A DNA stretch of 63,440 nt, the filler included. It is 6 parts of 6 records of this genome, joined end to end, with 100 filler letters (N's around TTAATTAATTAA, not from the genome) between each part and the next. Parts side by side here need not be neighbours in the genome. Positions count along the whole stretch, not along the records: positions 25,349 to 33,154 come from SRR31156797_143; positions 33,255 to 40,828 come from SRR31156797_147; 4 more parts are not named here. The stretch is one strand, 5' to 3'. Below are positions 30,363 through 40,928 of the stretch, in pieces; within the stretch, counting starts at the first letter, position 1; each line of letters starts with the position of its first letter. The notes beneath the pieces were generated by a model. The model did not search any database, had not been told where the DNA came from, and saw nothing but the letters and a program-made list of their open reading frames with translations. The translations under genes were made by a program, and so were the position numbers.

Positions 30363-30750
30363 AACCGAAATTATCCATAAAGTTTATTATAACGAAACTG
30401 ACCAAATGGGTAGAGTGTATCACTCTAATTATCTGGTATGGATGGAGAAAGCACGAACTGAGTGGCTGAGAGAAAGTGGCATCTCATATAAAGACTTAGA
30501 AAAAATGGGAATAATGCTGCCGGTAAGTGATCTAAGTATCAAATATCTAAGCGCTGTTGAATATGATGAAGATGTGCATATTGAGATCTATCCTGAAAAA
30601 CTTAACAGAATAAAAGTAGATTTTAAATACGAGTTTTATAATAAAGATAGAAGTATCAAATTTGCTGAATCAAAATCAACAAACGTATTCACAGACAAAG
30701 AGGGTAAAATCAAAAGAGTTTCAAAAGAACTATTAGAAAAATTCATATAA
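30355..30750 (+). CDS. Acyl-CoA thioesterase (4HBT/YbgC family)
   Basis: ETDQMGRVYHSNYLVWMEKAR motif. Confidence 0.9.
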   Translation: MRKTEIIHKVYYNETDQMGRVYHSNYLVWMEKARTEWLRESGISYKDLEKMGIMLPVSDLSIKYLSAVEYDEDVHIEIYPEKLNRIKVDFKYEFYNKDRSIKFAESKSTNVFTDKEGKIKRVSKELLEKFI

Positions 30751-30768
30751 AAAGGAAGGTGCAAAATA

Positions 30769-31020
30769 TTGAATAAATCATATGAAAAATTAACAACATT
30801 ATTACACTATATATTAGCTGAATTAGTAGATACTCCTGAAAAAATCAGTATCAAAATTGTTGAAAAAGAGGATCTGTTAATCTTAAAAGTTAAATTAGCT
30901 GATGGGGAATTAGGAAAAGTTATCGGGAAAAACGGACTTACTGCAAACGCTGTAAGAGGAGTTATGCAAGCTGCAGGTGTAAAAGATAAATTAAACGTTA
31001 ATGTTGAATTTTTAGACTAA
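30769..31020 (+). CDS. khpA: KH-domain RNA-binding protein KhpA
   Basis: LVDTPE and GKVIGKNG motifs; located before rimM. Confidence 0.88.
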   Translation: MNKSYEKLTTLLHYILAELVDTPEKISIKIVEKEDLLILKVKLADGELGKVIGKNGLTANAVRGVMQAAGVKDKLNVNVEFLD

Positions 31021-31046
31021 AATAACTCTGGAGGACTTAATATATT

Positions 31047-31565
31047 ATGGATTTATTTTATCTGGGTAAAATTAACGGAACACATCACTTAAAAGGAACA
31101 ACAAAAGTTTTTTCTGTATTTGCTGAACCTGAAAAATTAAACGATAATAAAGTAATTGTTGAAAAATCAAATGGTCAAAGAGTTGTTTTAACAATTACAA
31201 ATGCTAAAACTTTGAATAAAAAAGTGATTCTAGTAGATTTTGAGGAAATTAAAAATAAAAATGAAGCTCAAACAATTATGGGCGGAAAAGTTTATATAAG
31301 AAGAGATATCCTAGGTGATATGACAGAAGAGGAGTTCTACTCTGATGATTTAGTTGACATGACTGTAATCACTGATGGAGGAGAAATATTAGGTAAAGTT
31401 ACAGATGTAATGGAAACTGCTGCTCATGATATTATCGTAGTTAATGAAGATGAGGATGAAATTATGATTCCATCTGTTGAGAAGTTTGTTCTTGAAATAA
31501 ATTTCGATACAAGAGAGATTAAAGTAGATATTCCGGATAGCCTAAGAGACTTAAATAAAAAATAA
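31047..31565 (+). CDS. rimM: Ribosome maturation factor RimM
   Basis: GKINGTHHLKG N-terminus, EFYSDDLVD, PRC barrel. Confidence 0.92.
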   Translation: MDLFYLGKINGTHHLKGTTKVFSVFAEPEKLNDNKVIVEKSNGQRVVLTITNAKTLNKKVILVDFEEIKNKNEAQTIMGGKVYIRRDILGDMTEEEFYSDDLVDMTVITDGGEILGKVTDVMETAAHDIIVVNEDEDEIMIPSVEKFVLEINFDTREIKVDIPDSLRDLNKK

Positions 31566-31592
31566 ATAATTTTTATTAATGAGGTTAACAAA

Positions 31593-32351
31593 TTGAAAAT
31601 AAATATTTTAACACTTTTTCCCGGGATGTTTGATGGCTTCACAGGCGAAAGTATTATTAAGAGAGCAATCAATAATGAGTTGCTTGAAATAAATATAATA
31701 AATATTCGAGATTATTGTTTTGATAAACATAAAAAAGCTGACGACATGCCTTTTGGTGGAGGTGCGGGAATGGTTCTTAAACCCGAACCTCTTTTTTGCG
31801 CTTTGGAAGATTTAAATACAAATGGTAAAATCATCTATACTTCACCTCAAGGACAAACTCTTAATCAGGAAATTGTAAATGACTATGCACTGAACTACAA
31901 AGAGTTAACAATTATTGCAGGTCACTACGAAGGGATTGATGAAAGAGTTATAGAGGAGTTTGTAGATGAAGAGATATCTGTAGGTGACTATGTCCTAACC
32001 GGCGGAGAGCTTCCGGCTATGATCATAGCTGATGCAGTTGCCAGAATAGTACCTGGTGTACTTGGAAACAAGGAATCATATGAAAATGATTCTTTCTTTA
32101 ACGGTTTATTAGATAATCCCCATTATACCAGACCAGCTGATTTTAGAGAAAAGAAAGTTCCTGATGTTTTATTATCAGGACATCATAAAAATATAGATCT
32201 TTGGAGAAAAAAAGAGAGTCTTAAAAGAACATATCTTAGAAGACCTGATCTACTTGAAAACAAAGAATTTACGAAGCAAGAGTTAAAGCTTCTCAAAGAA
32301 GTTAAAGAAGAAATTAAAAAAGAGTTTGAAGAAAAAAAGGAGAGTAAATAA
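31593..32351 (+). CDS. trmD: tRNA (guanine37-N1)-methyltransferase
   Basis: PFGGGAGM, GHYEGIDER, SVGDYVLTGGE and PHYTRP motifs. Confidence 0.97.
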   Translation: MKINILTLFPGMFDGFTGESIIKRAINNELLEINIINIRDYCFDKHKKADDMPFGGGAGMVLKPEPLFCALEDLNTNGKIIYTSPQGQTLNQEIVNDYALNYKELTIIAGHYEGIDERVIEEFVDEEISVGDYVLTGGELPAMIIADAVARIVPGVLGNKESYENDSFFNGLLDNPHYTRPADFREKKVPDVLLSGHHKNIDLWRKKESLKRTYLRRPDLLENKEFTKQELKLLKEVKEEIKKEFEEKKESK

Positions 32352-32915
32352 ATGAGAGATAAAGTTTATCTTGGACTTGTTCATTATCCTGTATATAACA
32401 AAAAACAGGAAACTGTAGCTACGTCTGTTACTAATTTTGACATCCATGATATTTCAAGAAGTTGTAAAACTTTTGACTTAAAAGGATACCATATTATTAC
32501 ACCGGTAGATGCTCAAATAGAATTAACTCAAAGAGTAATCGGATACTGGCAAACTGGAAATTCAAAAATTCAAAATAAAGATAGAGAAGAGGCTTTCTCA
32601 ACTACACATGTAACTGAGAGTATTGACTTAGCTATTGAGCAAATTGAAAAAACAGAAGGTAAAAAACCTATAATAGTTACAACATCAGCGAAAACATATT
32701 CTAATTCTATCTCATATGAAGATATGTCTAAACAGATTTTTGAAGATGATAATGTTTACCTTTTACTATTTGGAACTGGATGGGGACTTACTGAAGAAGT
32801 AATGAACGAATCAACTTATATCCTTGACCCAATTAGAGGAAAAGCTAAATATAATCACTTATCTGTAAGATCAGCTGTAGCTATTATTTTAGACAGATTA
32901 TTTGGTGAAAACTAA
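32352..32915 (+). CDS. SPOUT-class RNA methyltransferase (Methyltrn_RNA_4-like)
   Basis: LVHYPV, TNFDIHDISR, FGTGWGL and YNHLSVRSA motifs. Confidence 0.88.
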   Translation: MRDKVYLGLVHYPVYNKKQETVATSVTNFDIHDISRSCKTFDLKGYHIITPVDAQIELTQRVIGYWQTGNSKIQNKDREEAFSTTHVTESIDLAIEQIEKTEGKKPIIVTTSAKTYSNSISYEDMSKQIFEDDNVYLLLFGTGWGLTEEVMNESTYILDPIRGKAKYNHLSVRSAVAIILDRLFGEN

Positions 32916-32972
32916 TATATAAAAATCCAATTTTTATTAGTTATAAGCTTATAATACCCAATAATATATATC

Positions 32973-33012
32973 AACAACAGACTTAGTTAAATTTCTTAGT
33001 CTGTTGTTTTTT
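32973..33012 (+). terminator. Rho-independent terminator
   Basis: AACAACAGACT / AGTCTGTTGTT stem followed by a T tract. Confidence 0.75.
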
Positions 33013-33154
33013 ATTTTTTGTTAGATAATTATATTATCTCAGAGGAAATTCGAATTTTTATTGAATAACTCACTATGAAAACAATTTATTAGTTTATTAT
33101 AATAGAAAAATAATAGTTTAAAATGGTAATGTCAAAAGTTCTATGAAAAACAAA

Positions 33155-33254
33155 NNNNNNNNNNNNNNNNNNNNNNNNNNNNNNNNNNNNNNNNNNNNTT
33201 AATTAATTAANNNNNNNNNNNNNNNNNNNNNNNNNNNNNNNNNNNNNNNNNNNN
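33155..33254. other. Artificial contig linker
   Basis: N-run, TTAATTAATTAA, N-run. Confidence 0.98.
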
Positions 33255-33737
33255 ATTGAAAGATTTGTAAGTGGTTTTTATTCAAGAAAACGTCAAGGTC
33301 AACCCAGATATAATATTCCATGGAGTGAAGGGGAAGAAAAAGCTTTTTCGCAATTTGAAACACCCAATGATTTAGCATTAGCTTTGACTGGTGATAATGA
33401 TTTTATAAGAAAAAGTGCAATAAATGCCATGCGAGATATAAGGCATGTTAATTCTTTCTATTCAGATTGGTTTGAAAATGAAAAATATTTCTCTGAACGC
33501 ATAAAAGATATTTTATTTATTTGCAATCAGAAAAAGCTAAATGAAGACTTTGAAAAACTGAAGGAAATACTTGGATTGCAGCGATCTTTGGTTCTTCCGG
33601 GAGATAAAGTGAGTGCACATATTAATCCAAAACATTATAAAAATAAATTAGATACTTTAGCTGTTGAAAATTTAAAAAATTGGTACCTAAGCGACTATAA
33701 ATTTTTAAATTATTTGGAAGAAAGAGATTTAATATGA
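33255..33737 (+). CDS. Sulfotransferase-like protein, C-terminal part (5'-truncated)
   Basis: Frame is open from the contig start. IERFVSGFY resembles the 3'-PAPS-binding helix; ends with WY.SDY. Confidence 0.6.
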   Translation: MERFVSGFYSRKRQGQPRYNIPWSEGEEKAFSQFETPNDLALALTGDNDFIRKSAINAMRDIRHVNSFYSDWFENEKYFSERIKDILFICNQKKLNEDFEKLKEILGLQRSLVLPGDKVSAHINPKHYKNKLDTLAVENLKNWYLSDYKFLNYLEERDLI

Positions 33738-34142
33738 CAGTATATTAATTTCAGTTTTATTTAATATTCACAAATTAAAATATAGTCAAATTTGTATTAC
33801 AATTTATTTTTTGAGACTTATAAGTTAAATATCAAAAGAGATCTAATTTTATTTTAGTAAATGTATAATTATCTTTTCTTTTGTAATTCAAAATTGCATT
33901 AAAAGAAAAAATATAAGATTATTATAGTAATATGAATTAGAACAAGTTTAACCTGAGTTATCAAAAGAGAATTACATTGCCTGGTGATGTTAACGTATTG
34001 AGGTGGTTAAAATGATACTATAAGTTTAAGATAATAAGTTAGGATTTAATATAATAGGATATTGTTATTTGTTAAAATAATATTTAACCGTTTAAAAGGA
34101 AAGATTAATAAAGCATAAAATTAAAATAGTATTATATAGAAA

Positions 34143-34970
34143 ATGAAAGTCGATTTTATAATTATAGGTGCTATGAAGGCTGGCACTACAACACTTTATA
34201 AAATTCTCAGGGAGCATCCCGAAATTTCTTTTAGTAAAATAAAAGAAACCAATTTTTTTAGCCGAACACCTAACTGGAAAGAAGAACTTCCGAAATACCA
34301 TAAATTATTTAACGAAGAAAAGGGAAAATTATATGGCGAAGCTTCACCTTCATATTCATCGTATCCAAAAATGGGCGAAATATGGAATAACATTTATGAA
34401 TATAATCCTCAAATGAAGATTATTTATTTGGTGCGAAATCCGTTTGATAGAAGCGTTTCGCATTATATGCATAGTTTTGAACATGGATATATTAAAAAAT
34501 CGATTCAGGAAGCGTTTAAGGAAAATTCACAGTTAATTGACAGAAGCCGTTATTATTATCAAATAAAACCTTATCTCGATTTATTTGGTGAAGAGCAGGT
34601 AAAACTGATTGATTTCGATGACTTTATTCGCGACAGGAAAAATGTTATGCTAAAGTTATCTAATTTTTTAAGTATTGATTTTAATCTTTTACCTACTTTT
34701 GAAAATGTGCACGCAAATAAATCGTTAGGCGATTATATAATTCCCACTCGTTTAAAAAGATTTTTAAAATATGTAAATCCAATAACTAAAAAATTACCTG
34801 AAAGCGTAAGGTTTAAATTGCGTAAATTGGTATCGAAACCAAAAAAATCATTCAAAGAAAAACCCGAATTACCTGTTGAAGTCAGGAAGAAAATGATAGA
34901 AATTATTCAACCAGAAATTCCTGAATTAGAGAGATTGTTGGGGAAAGATTTATCGAAGTGGATAAACTAG
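34143..34970 (+). CDS. PAPS-dependent sulfotransferase
   Basis: IIGAMKAGTTTL (5'-PSB), KETNFF, GEASPSY and VRNPFDRSVSHY (3'-PB) motifs. Confidence 0.92.
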   Translation: MKVDFIIIGAMKAGTTTLYKILREHPEISFSKIKETNFFSRTPNWKEELPKYHKLFNEEKGKLYGEASPSYSSYPKMGEIWNNIYEYNPQMKIIYLVRNPFDRSVSHYMHSFEHGYIKKSIQEAFKENSQLIDRSRYYYQIKPYLDLFGEEQVKLIDFDDFIRDRKNVMLKLSNFLSIDFNLLPTFENVHANKSLGDYIIPTRLKRFLKYVNPITKKLPESVRFKLRKLVSKPKKSFKEKPELPVEVRKKMIEIIQPEIPELERLLGKDLSKWIN

Positions 34971-35072
34971 TTAATTTTTAATTAACACCTATTTTTATAA
35001 TATATAATGTGAAACTTATTAAGAAATTTTATAATAAAATTTTGAATACCAGTATTTTTAGAAATTAATAAA

Positions 35073-35723
35073 ATGAGAATTAGAAAAGTTGTAAAAAAAA
35101 TATTAATTGAAATTGATAAATTTTCTCCAATGCCAATTTTCTATCCTATTATAATGACACAAAAGGAAAAAGAATTATTTGATAAGTGTGTTAAAGATTC
35201 GAGATTTTATCTTGAATTTGGAATGGGTGGAACAACAATTCGAGTGTTGCAGAAATCAAATGCTAAAATTTATTCGATTGACTCGAGTATTGAATGGATA
35301 AATAGAATGAAGAAGTATTTGTTGGTTAAAATAATGATGAAAAAGAGACTAACCTTGTTTTATGTAGATATTGGAGAAACAGGGAAATGGGGTTATCCTG
35401 TTGGTGATAATTTCAAAGAACTATTTCCTGATTATTCTGCTAAAATATTCAGAATGGTAAATACAAATGAAATTGATACTGTATTAGTTGATGGTCGATT
35501 TAGAGTTGCTTGTGTATTAAAAACTATCTTGGAATGTGGCAAAAATGAAAATTTGAAAATTCTGATACACGATTTTTCAATACGGGAACAATATGAGATT
35601 GTTAACAAATATCTTACAAAAGTAGATTGTGAGGATACATTATTTTTATTTAAAATAAAATTAGATATAGATCTTGAATCATTAAAAAATGACTATAATA
35701 TTTATAAGTATATTCCAGATTAA
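35073..35723 (+). CDS. Putative SAM-dependent methyltransferase-fold protein of a polysaccharide locus
   Basis: YLEFGMGGTT, SIDSS..W, LVDGRFRVAC and IHDF motifs. Confidence 0.6.
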   Translation: MRIRKVVKKILIEIDKFSPMPIFYPIIMTQKEKELFDKCVKDSRFYLEFGMGGTTIRVLQKSNAKIYSIDSSIEWINRMKKYLLVKIMMKKRLTLFYVDIGETGKWGYPVGDNFKELFPDYSAKIFRMVNTNEIDTVLVDGRFRVACVLKTILECGKNENLKILIHDFSIREQYEIVNKYLTKVDCEDTLFLFKIKLDIDLESLKNDYNIYKYIPD

Positions 35724-35732
35724 TTTAAATTC

Positions 35733-36668
35733 ATGAATCTTCAAAAACAACCTTTAATTTCAGTTATTATTGCTACATATAAAAGGCCTCATTTTATTGG
35801 TAATGCAATAAGAAATGTATTAGATCAGACTTATTCAAACATTGAGATAATTGTTGTTGATGATAATGGGATTGATACACCTGAGCAATTAGAAACATAT
35901 TTTGAAATAAAGAAATTTGTAAATAAGAAAGTTACCTATTTTGCTCTAAAGAAAAATTTTGGTTCATGTTATGCAAGAAATTATGGAGTGAAAGAGTCAT
36001 CTGGGCAATTCCTTTCATTCTTTGATGATGATGATTATTGGGATAATCGAAAACTAGAGTTACAATTGGGTAAGTTTATAAATAATTTATCGTTGGGGTT
36101 TGTATATTGTTTTGAGAAAGTTATTAATGCGAAAAATGGGAAAATATTATCTGAGTCACAGGCAAATTATGGAGAAGGAGATATTTATAAGGATTATCTG
36201 AATTTAAGGTTTGGTGTTATTCGTACTCCAAATCCTTTAGTTTTAAGAGAAGCCTTTCAAAATGTTAATGGTTTTGATGTGAATCAAACTTCAGGAAATG
36301 ATTTTGATTTTTTTATAAGAATCGCTAAAAAATATCCTGTAGGTTTAATTCCTGAATATCTGCATTTTGTTAATATTCATAATGAGGGAAGAATTACAAC
36401 AAATCATCTTGCAAAAGTTAATGGAAAAAAACAATTACTTGAAAAATATGGGAAAAATTTTGATATCGAACGGAAGGTGTTTATTAACAAACAGATTATT
36501 GCTCATTCATTTAGAATAAAAGATTGTAAATCAGCAAAAGAAGCAAGCGAATATGTTAAGTCACATGGACAGCTGCCATTAAAATATAAAATATTTATGC
36601 TTGGAATAAATAATATTTTTTTTAGATTATTTATTTTAGGATATTTTAAAATTAGAAATATCAATTAA
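35733..36668 (+). CDS. Glycosyltransferase family 2
   Basis: SVIIATYKR, VVDD, ARNYG and FFDDDD motifs. Confidence 0.92.
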   Translation: MNLQKQPLISVIIATYKRPHFIGNAIRNVLDQTYSNIEIIVVDDNGIDTPEQLETYFEIKKFVNKKVTYFALKKNFGSCYARNYGVKESSGQFLSFFDDDDYWDNRKLELQLGKFINNLSLGFVYCFEKVINAKNGKILSESQANYGEGDIYKDYLNLRFGVIRTPNPLVLREAFQNVNGFDVNQTSGNDFDFFIRIAKKYPVGLIPEYLHFVNIHNEGRITTNHLAKVNGKKQLLEKYGKNFDIERKVFINKQIIAHSFRIKDCKSAKEASEYVKSHGQLPLKYKIFMLGINNIFFRLFILGYFKIRNIN

Positions 36669-36675
36669 TTGAATT

Positions 36676-37725
36676 TCATGATAATTTATTGATTACTTCA
36701 ATCAATTCTCTTTCTCGTTTTTCCAATAGATAATTCTTTTTAATGTGTTCTCTGGCTTTTAAACCATGTATACTATCTGTTTGAAATGCCATTTCAACGG
36801 CCTGAACATATTCTTCAATTTTATTATTTTTAATAATAAATCCTGTATCTCCAATAATTTCAGGGATTGAACTATTATTTGTCCCAACAGGTATACATTT
36901 GCAAAGCATAGCTTCCGATAAAACATTGGGCATTCCTTCAGCAATCGAAAACATACAGTAAACCTTTGATTTGGCATAATGATCAATCAATTCTTCATGT
37001 TTTAATTTCCCAATTATCTTTAAATTAGTAGGGAACAAACTTAGATATTTGTTTTTTATAGATTCCGACATGCCTATGATAATAAATGTATACTTAGGTA
37101 ACCTTATTGCGGTTTCAATAAATTTATCCACACCTTTTCTTATAAAAACTTTAGTGGTATTTATATTGGCAACAAGTAATGCAATATTTTCTTTATTTAT
37201 TGTATTGTGCGTAATCCATTTTCCCGGATTATATCCGTTATGAATTACCTGAATTTTAGCTTTTGTATTTGGCACAAAATATTTTATTCCCGATTCAATT
37301 TCCCTGTTAAAAGCAAAATTATTTTTTTCATAAATTAAAGATTGACTAACCGGTAATATATAATCAGCATTTTTTAGTGTATACCTTGTGCAAAAACTTC
37401 GAATGGAATTATTATATGCACCATAGTTTATTTCTTTAATGTACATTACATCATATCCCCCGGAAACAATGATAACTTTTTTATTGTATAGCTTTGAAAG
37501 GAATGTCATAAAGAAAGTATGATAATCTGCAAATCTGGTAAAAACAATATTAGCTTTTGGCAAATATTTAATGAGAAAGATTATCATTTTAATAATAGAA
37601 ATTAAATAAATGATTCTGGTTTTATTTAATAATAGAAAAGAATAAGTATTAAAGTTTGACTTAAGAATTTTTTCGTCTTTTAATACAAATGTGTTATTTG
37701 AATGTTTTATGTACAGTATATTCAT
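36676..37725 (-). CDS. Glycosyltransferase family 4
   Basis: RKG and EGMPNVLSEAM motifs. Confidence 0.9.
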   Translation of the reverse strand: MNILYIKHSNNTFVLKDEKILKSNFNTYSFLLLNKTRIIYLISIIKMIIFLIKYLPKANIVFTRFADYHTFFMTFLSKLYNKKVIIVSGGYDVMYIKEINYGAYNNSIRSFCTRYTLKNADYILPVSQSLIYEKNNFAFNREIESGIKYFVPNTKAKIQVIHNGYNPGKWITHNTINKENIALLVANINTTKVFIRKGVDKFIETAIRLPKYTFIIIGMSESIKNKYLSLFPTNLKIIGKLKHEELIDHYAKSKVYCMFSIAEGMPNVLSEAMLCKCIPVGTNNSSIPEIIGDTGFIIKNNKIEEYVQAVEMAFQTDSIHGLKAREHIKKNYLLEKRERELIEVINKLS

Positions 37726-37795
37726 TAGTCGGTTTTACATTTAAACTAATTCAATATAGAAAACAAAACTAATATAATTAGGAGTATAATATATT

Positions 37796-38941
37796 TTAAT
37801 CAAAATAATCCTCTTTAAGCACTGTTTTCATAACTTCAAGGTGAGACTCACACCGGATTAAATTATGAGAAGTAAAATTATTTTTTCTATTATATAATAG
37901 TTCAATCAGTTTGTTGTTTAAAATGTCGTTTAGCTTTTCGAAATATTTGCTTTTCCCAAAATACTGGGGTAGATATTTACTTTTTATTGAGTCGCAGAAT
38001 TTGATCCATTCTTTTTCAACAAATTCTTTTTCAAGTATGTTTTTACTTCTTTCGTTAAATGCTGCAATACATTTTTGTTTTTGTTCCTTTTCCATCAAAC
38101 CGATGCTCCCGTCTGTGTTTGTAACTAACGGAATAAAATCAGGTTCGGAAATCTCATTGCTTATTTTAAGTTGAACAAGTAATCCTTCATTCCAGGAGTC
38201 TCTACCTTTTATATATCCAAATACAGAATTACCTTGTCCATATAAAATGGTACCGTCGTAGTATTTTTCCATTGATCCTATACAATGACTATGTTGGCAG
38301 AGCACCAAATCAGCTCCCGATTCAACCATTTTTCTGCATTTCTTTTGCAGTAAAGGACTTGGGTATTTATGATACTCTATTCCGCCATGAAAAATAATGA
38401 TGAGGTAATCGCATAATTTTTTCGTGCTTTTTATTTCGTCAAAACTTTCAAAAACATCGAATCCATTTGCGCCCGCATTAAAGTTGTCGAATGTATTAAA
38501 TTCGTGCTCGGCAAAAGCCATTATCCCGATATTGAATTGGCCTATTTTCTTCAATATTGGTCTTTTTACATCGGTTTCATTTAGTCCTGCTCCAATGTGT
38601 TCAATGCCTTTTTCTTCCAGTTTATGAATTGTATTTTCTACTGCTTTTGGACCGTAATCGAGAATATGATTATTGGCTAATGTTAGAAGATTTAAATTAG
38701 CAGCTTTTAATACATCAATTGCATCTTCGTTGATAAATAAATTAGGCCCGGTTTTAGGTATTGGTTTATCTTCATTTCCTGCCAGCGGTGCTTCAAGATT
38801 TGCAATATTTAAATCTCCTTTCTCAAGAATAGTTTTAACACCATTAAAAAGCGATTTTGAATCTTTTTTCTCAAAAATTTGTTTGTTATTTTTTGTGAGG
38901 CAAATGTCGCCCAGAATATTTATGGTGTTTTCTTTTTTCAT
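37796..38941 (-). CDS. CapA-family metallophosphoesterase
   Basis: GD, NLEAP, LANNHILDYG, HGGIE, HSH and YGQGN motifs. Confidence 0.9.
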   Translation of the reverse strand: MKKENTINILGDICLTKNNKQIFEKKDSKSLFNGVKTILEKGDLNIANLEAPLAGNEDKPIPKTGPNLFINEDAIDVLKAANLNLLTLANNHILDYGPKAVENTIHKLEEKGIEHIGAGLNETDVKRPILKKIGQFNIGIMAFAEHEFNTFDNFNAGANGFDVFESFDEIKSTKKLCDYLIIIFHGGIEYHKYPSPLLQKKCRKMVESGADLVLCQHSHCIGSMEKYYDGTILYGQGNSVFGYIKGRDSWNEGLLVQLKISNEISEPDFIPLVTNTDGSIGLMEKEQKQKCIAAFNERSKNILEKEFVEKEWIKFCDSIKSKYLPQYFGKSKYFEKLNDILNNKLIELLYNRKNNFTSHNLIRCESHLEVMKTVLKEDYFD

Positions 38942-39025
38942 TCAAAAGCTGTATTTAATATTCTAAAATTATTCGAATTAGTTTCTTGGCAATTTTAAAG
39001 TGATATGAGAATAGAAAGACTTCAT

Positions 39026-40318
39026 TTATCCCAATTCATCAAATAAACCAGCTAGTTTTTTAGTTAAGTTTTTTCGGGTAAAACCATTAATCGTATTCCT
39101 GTTTATTTCCGGTTGAATTTGATTCTCCCAGTTAGAATATGCTTTGAATAATTCTTGTTCAATTGCTTTAATATCGTTTGGATTAAAAATTTTTCCTGCT
39201 TTTGTTTTTTTCAGAATTTTTGCCGATTCACCTTCTGTATTACCTATTCCTAAAATTCGATTTCCTGTCGATAAATATTCAAATAATTTTCCCGGGATAT
39301 GTCCTTCATAGCCTTCTGCTTTTTCCATAAAAAGTAAAAGTAAATCAGCCCTGTTCATAAATTCAATGGCCTGCTTATGAGGAACATAATTTATGAATTG
39401 TACATTTTTTATATTTTTTAATTTCTCTTTTATTTGAGATAAAATGCCAGACTCAATGCTTCCAACTAATTGTAATTCAATATCATCTTTGGGCTTCCGT
39501 TCTGTGAATTTTTTCAGAGTTTCAAAAAACTCGTCATAATACCTGTTCCAGGTTAACCCACCAATATAAAGGATAGTAAATTTATGAGGATTTTTATTAA
39601 CATCAATGTTGGTTTCCAAATCAAATCCGTTGGTAATAATATTGAACTTTGAATTGAACTCATTAGTTAATAAATGAACAAAATTTTCACTCACACAAGT
39701 TGCTGAATCGCATTTCTCAATAATCTTTTTTTCCAGTTTTTCATTTCGTTTTTTTGAAATGGGATTAATTTTTTGCTTTTGTAAATAATGAATTTTTGTC
39801 CAGGGATCTCTAAAGTCGGCTACCCATTTTATTCCGCTCCATTTAGCCAGTTTTTTTGCAATTAGATGCACTGAAGGCGGGGGAGAAGAAGAAAATATTA
39901 TATCGGGTTTTTCCTGTTGAATTATTTTTTTACCTTCATTTACTGCAAACGGAATCCAGCCAATTTTTGCATCAGGGATAAAAAGATTTAGACGAATCCA
40001 GTTTGAAATTTTCTTTTTTATACTAATATTTTTATGAGCCAGATTAGCAACCGGAATTTTTTCCTCTTTTTTCATCCCGGTAAATTTCCGGTAAAGAAAA
40101 TTGGGTTCGATAGCTTTTGTTTTATAAACTTTACAATTTTCGGGAATATCTTTAAATAACGACTTGTCGATTGCCGGATATTCTCCGTTTTTAACGGTAA
40201 GAATAATTGGTTCCCATCCAAATTCGGGAAGGTATTTTGCAAATTTTAATACTCTCTGAACTCCCGGGCCTCCACTAGGTGGCCAGTAATAGGTAATGAT
40301 GAGTACTTTTTTTGTCAT
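39026..40318 (-). CDS. Glycosyltransferase family 4
   Basis: KVLIITYYWPPSGGPGVQR, ADFRDPW, TNGFD and PGKLFEY motifs. Confidence 0.9.
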   Translation of the reverse strand: MTKKVLIITYYWPPSGGPGVQRVLKFAKYLPEFGWEPIILTVKNGEYPAIDKSLFKDIPENCKVYKTKAIEPNFLYRKFTGMKKEEKIPVANLAHKNISIKKKISNWIRLNLFIPDAKIGWIPFAVNEGKKIIQQEKPDIIFSSSPPPSVHLIAKKLAKWSGIKWVADFRDPWTKIHYLQKQKINPISKKRNEKLEKKIIEKCDSATCVSENFVHLLTNEFNSKFNIITNGFDLETNIDVNKNPHKFTILYIGGLTWNRYYDEFFETLKKFTERKPKDDIELQLVGSIESGILSQIKEKLKNIKNVQFINYVPHKQAIEFMNRADLLLLFMEKAEGYEGHIPGKLFEYLSTGNRILGIGNTEGESAKILKKTKAGKIFNPNDIKAIEQELFKAYSNWENQIQPEINRNTINGFTRKNLTKKLAGLFDELG

Positions 40319-40338
40319 TCTATTGGAAAATTTTAGAT

Positions 40339-40827
40339 TTAATTTTTCTTTTTTCCGTAATACCCTTTTACGAAACCACGGGCTTCTTTTTTTCCTAAAA
40401 TTTTCACTTGCCACAGTGCTTTTATCAGTCCAAATCCATAAGCAAAAACCTGGATATTTAACGTTACCGGACTTAAAAATGCCGCAGCCAAAGATTTATA
40501 TTTAAACAACGATTCTAAAAATGCCCAAAGAATTACAATGAGATATCCAATGGCAGTAATTAACCAAAGAACATTAGCCAAAGCAGGTAGAATTATACTA
40601 AAAACGAGTAATGCGACCAGGCCTGTAACAATAAAAGCTGGTAATAAATGTACCAATTTTAACATCGAAGGATGTTTTTGTGCTAAGTTAATTCGGGCAA
40701 CTCCCCAATTAAAAATTTGTCGGTAAAATTTCGATAAACTTGTTCTGCGTTTGTGATATACGAAAGCATCGGCAACAAGTCCAACGTTATAACCGGCATC
40801 ATAAATTCGTTGCGAAAAATCCATGTC
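40339..40827 (-). CDS. Glycosyltransferase family 2, C-terminal part (5'-truncated)
   Basis: DMDFS.R, VYHKRR and F..Q..NWG..R motifs, then TM helices. Confidence 0.8.
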   Translation of the reverse strand, partial: DMDFSQRIYDAGYNVGLVADAFVYHKRRTSLSKFYRQIFNWGVARINLAQKHPSMLKLVHLLPAFIVTGLVALLVFSIILPALANVLWLITAIGYLIVILWAFLESLFKYKSLAAAFLSPVTLNIQVFAYGFGLIKALWQVKILGKKEARGFVKGYYGKKKN

Positions 40828-40828
40828 T

Positions 40829-40928
40829 NNNNNNNNNNNNNNNNNNNNNNNNNNNNNNNNNNNNNNNNNNNNTTAATTAATTAANNNNNNNNNNNNNNNN
40901 NNNNNNNNNNNNNNNNNNNNNNNNNNNN
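40829..40928. other. Artificial contig linker
   Basis: N-run, TTAATTAATTAA, N-run. Confidence 0.98.

Noticed and set aside
37796-38941. Poly-gamma-glutamate capsule synthesis
   Set aside because: No capB/capC is present, and CapA-family phosphoesterases commonly occur alone in polysaccharide loci.
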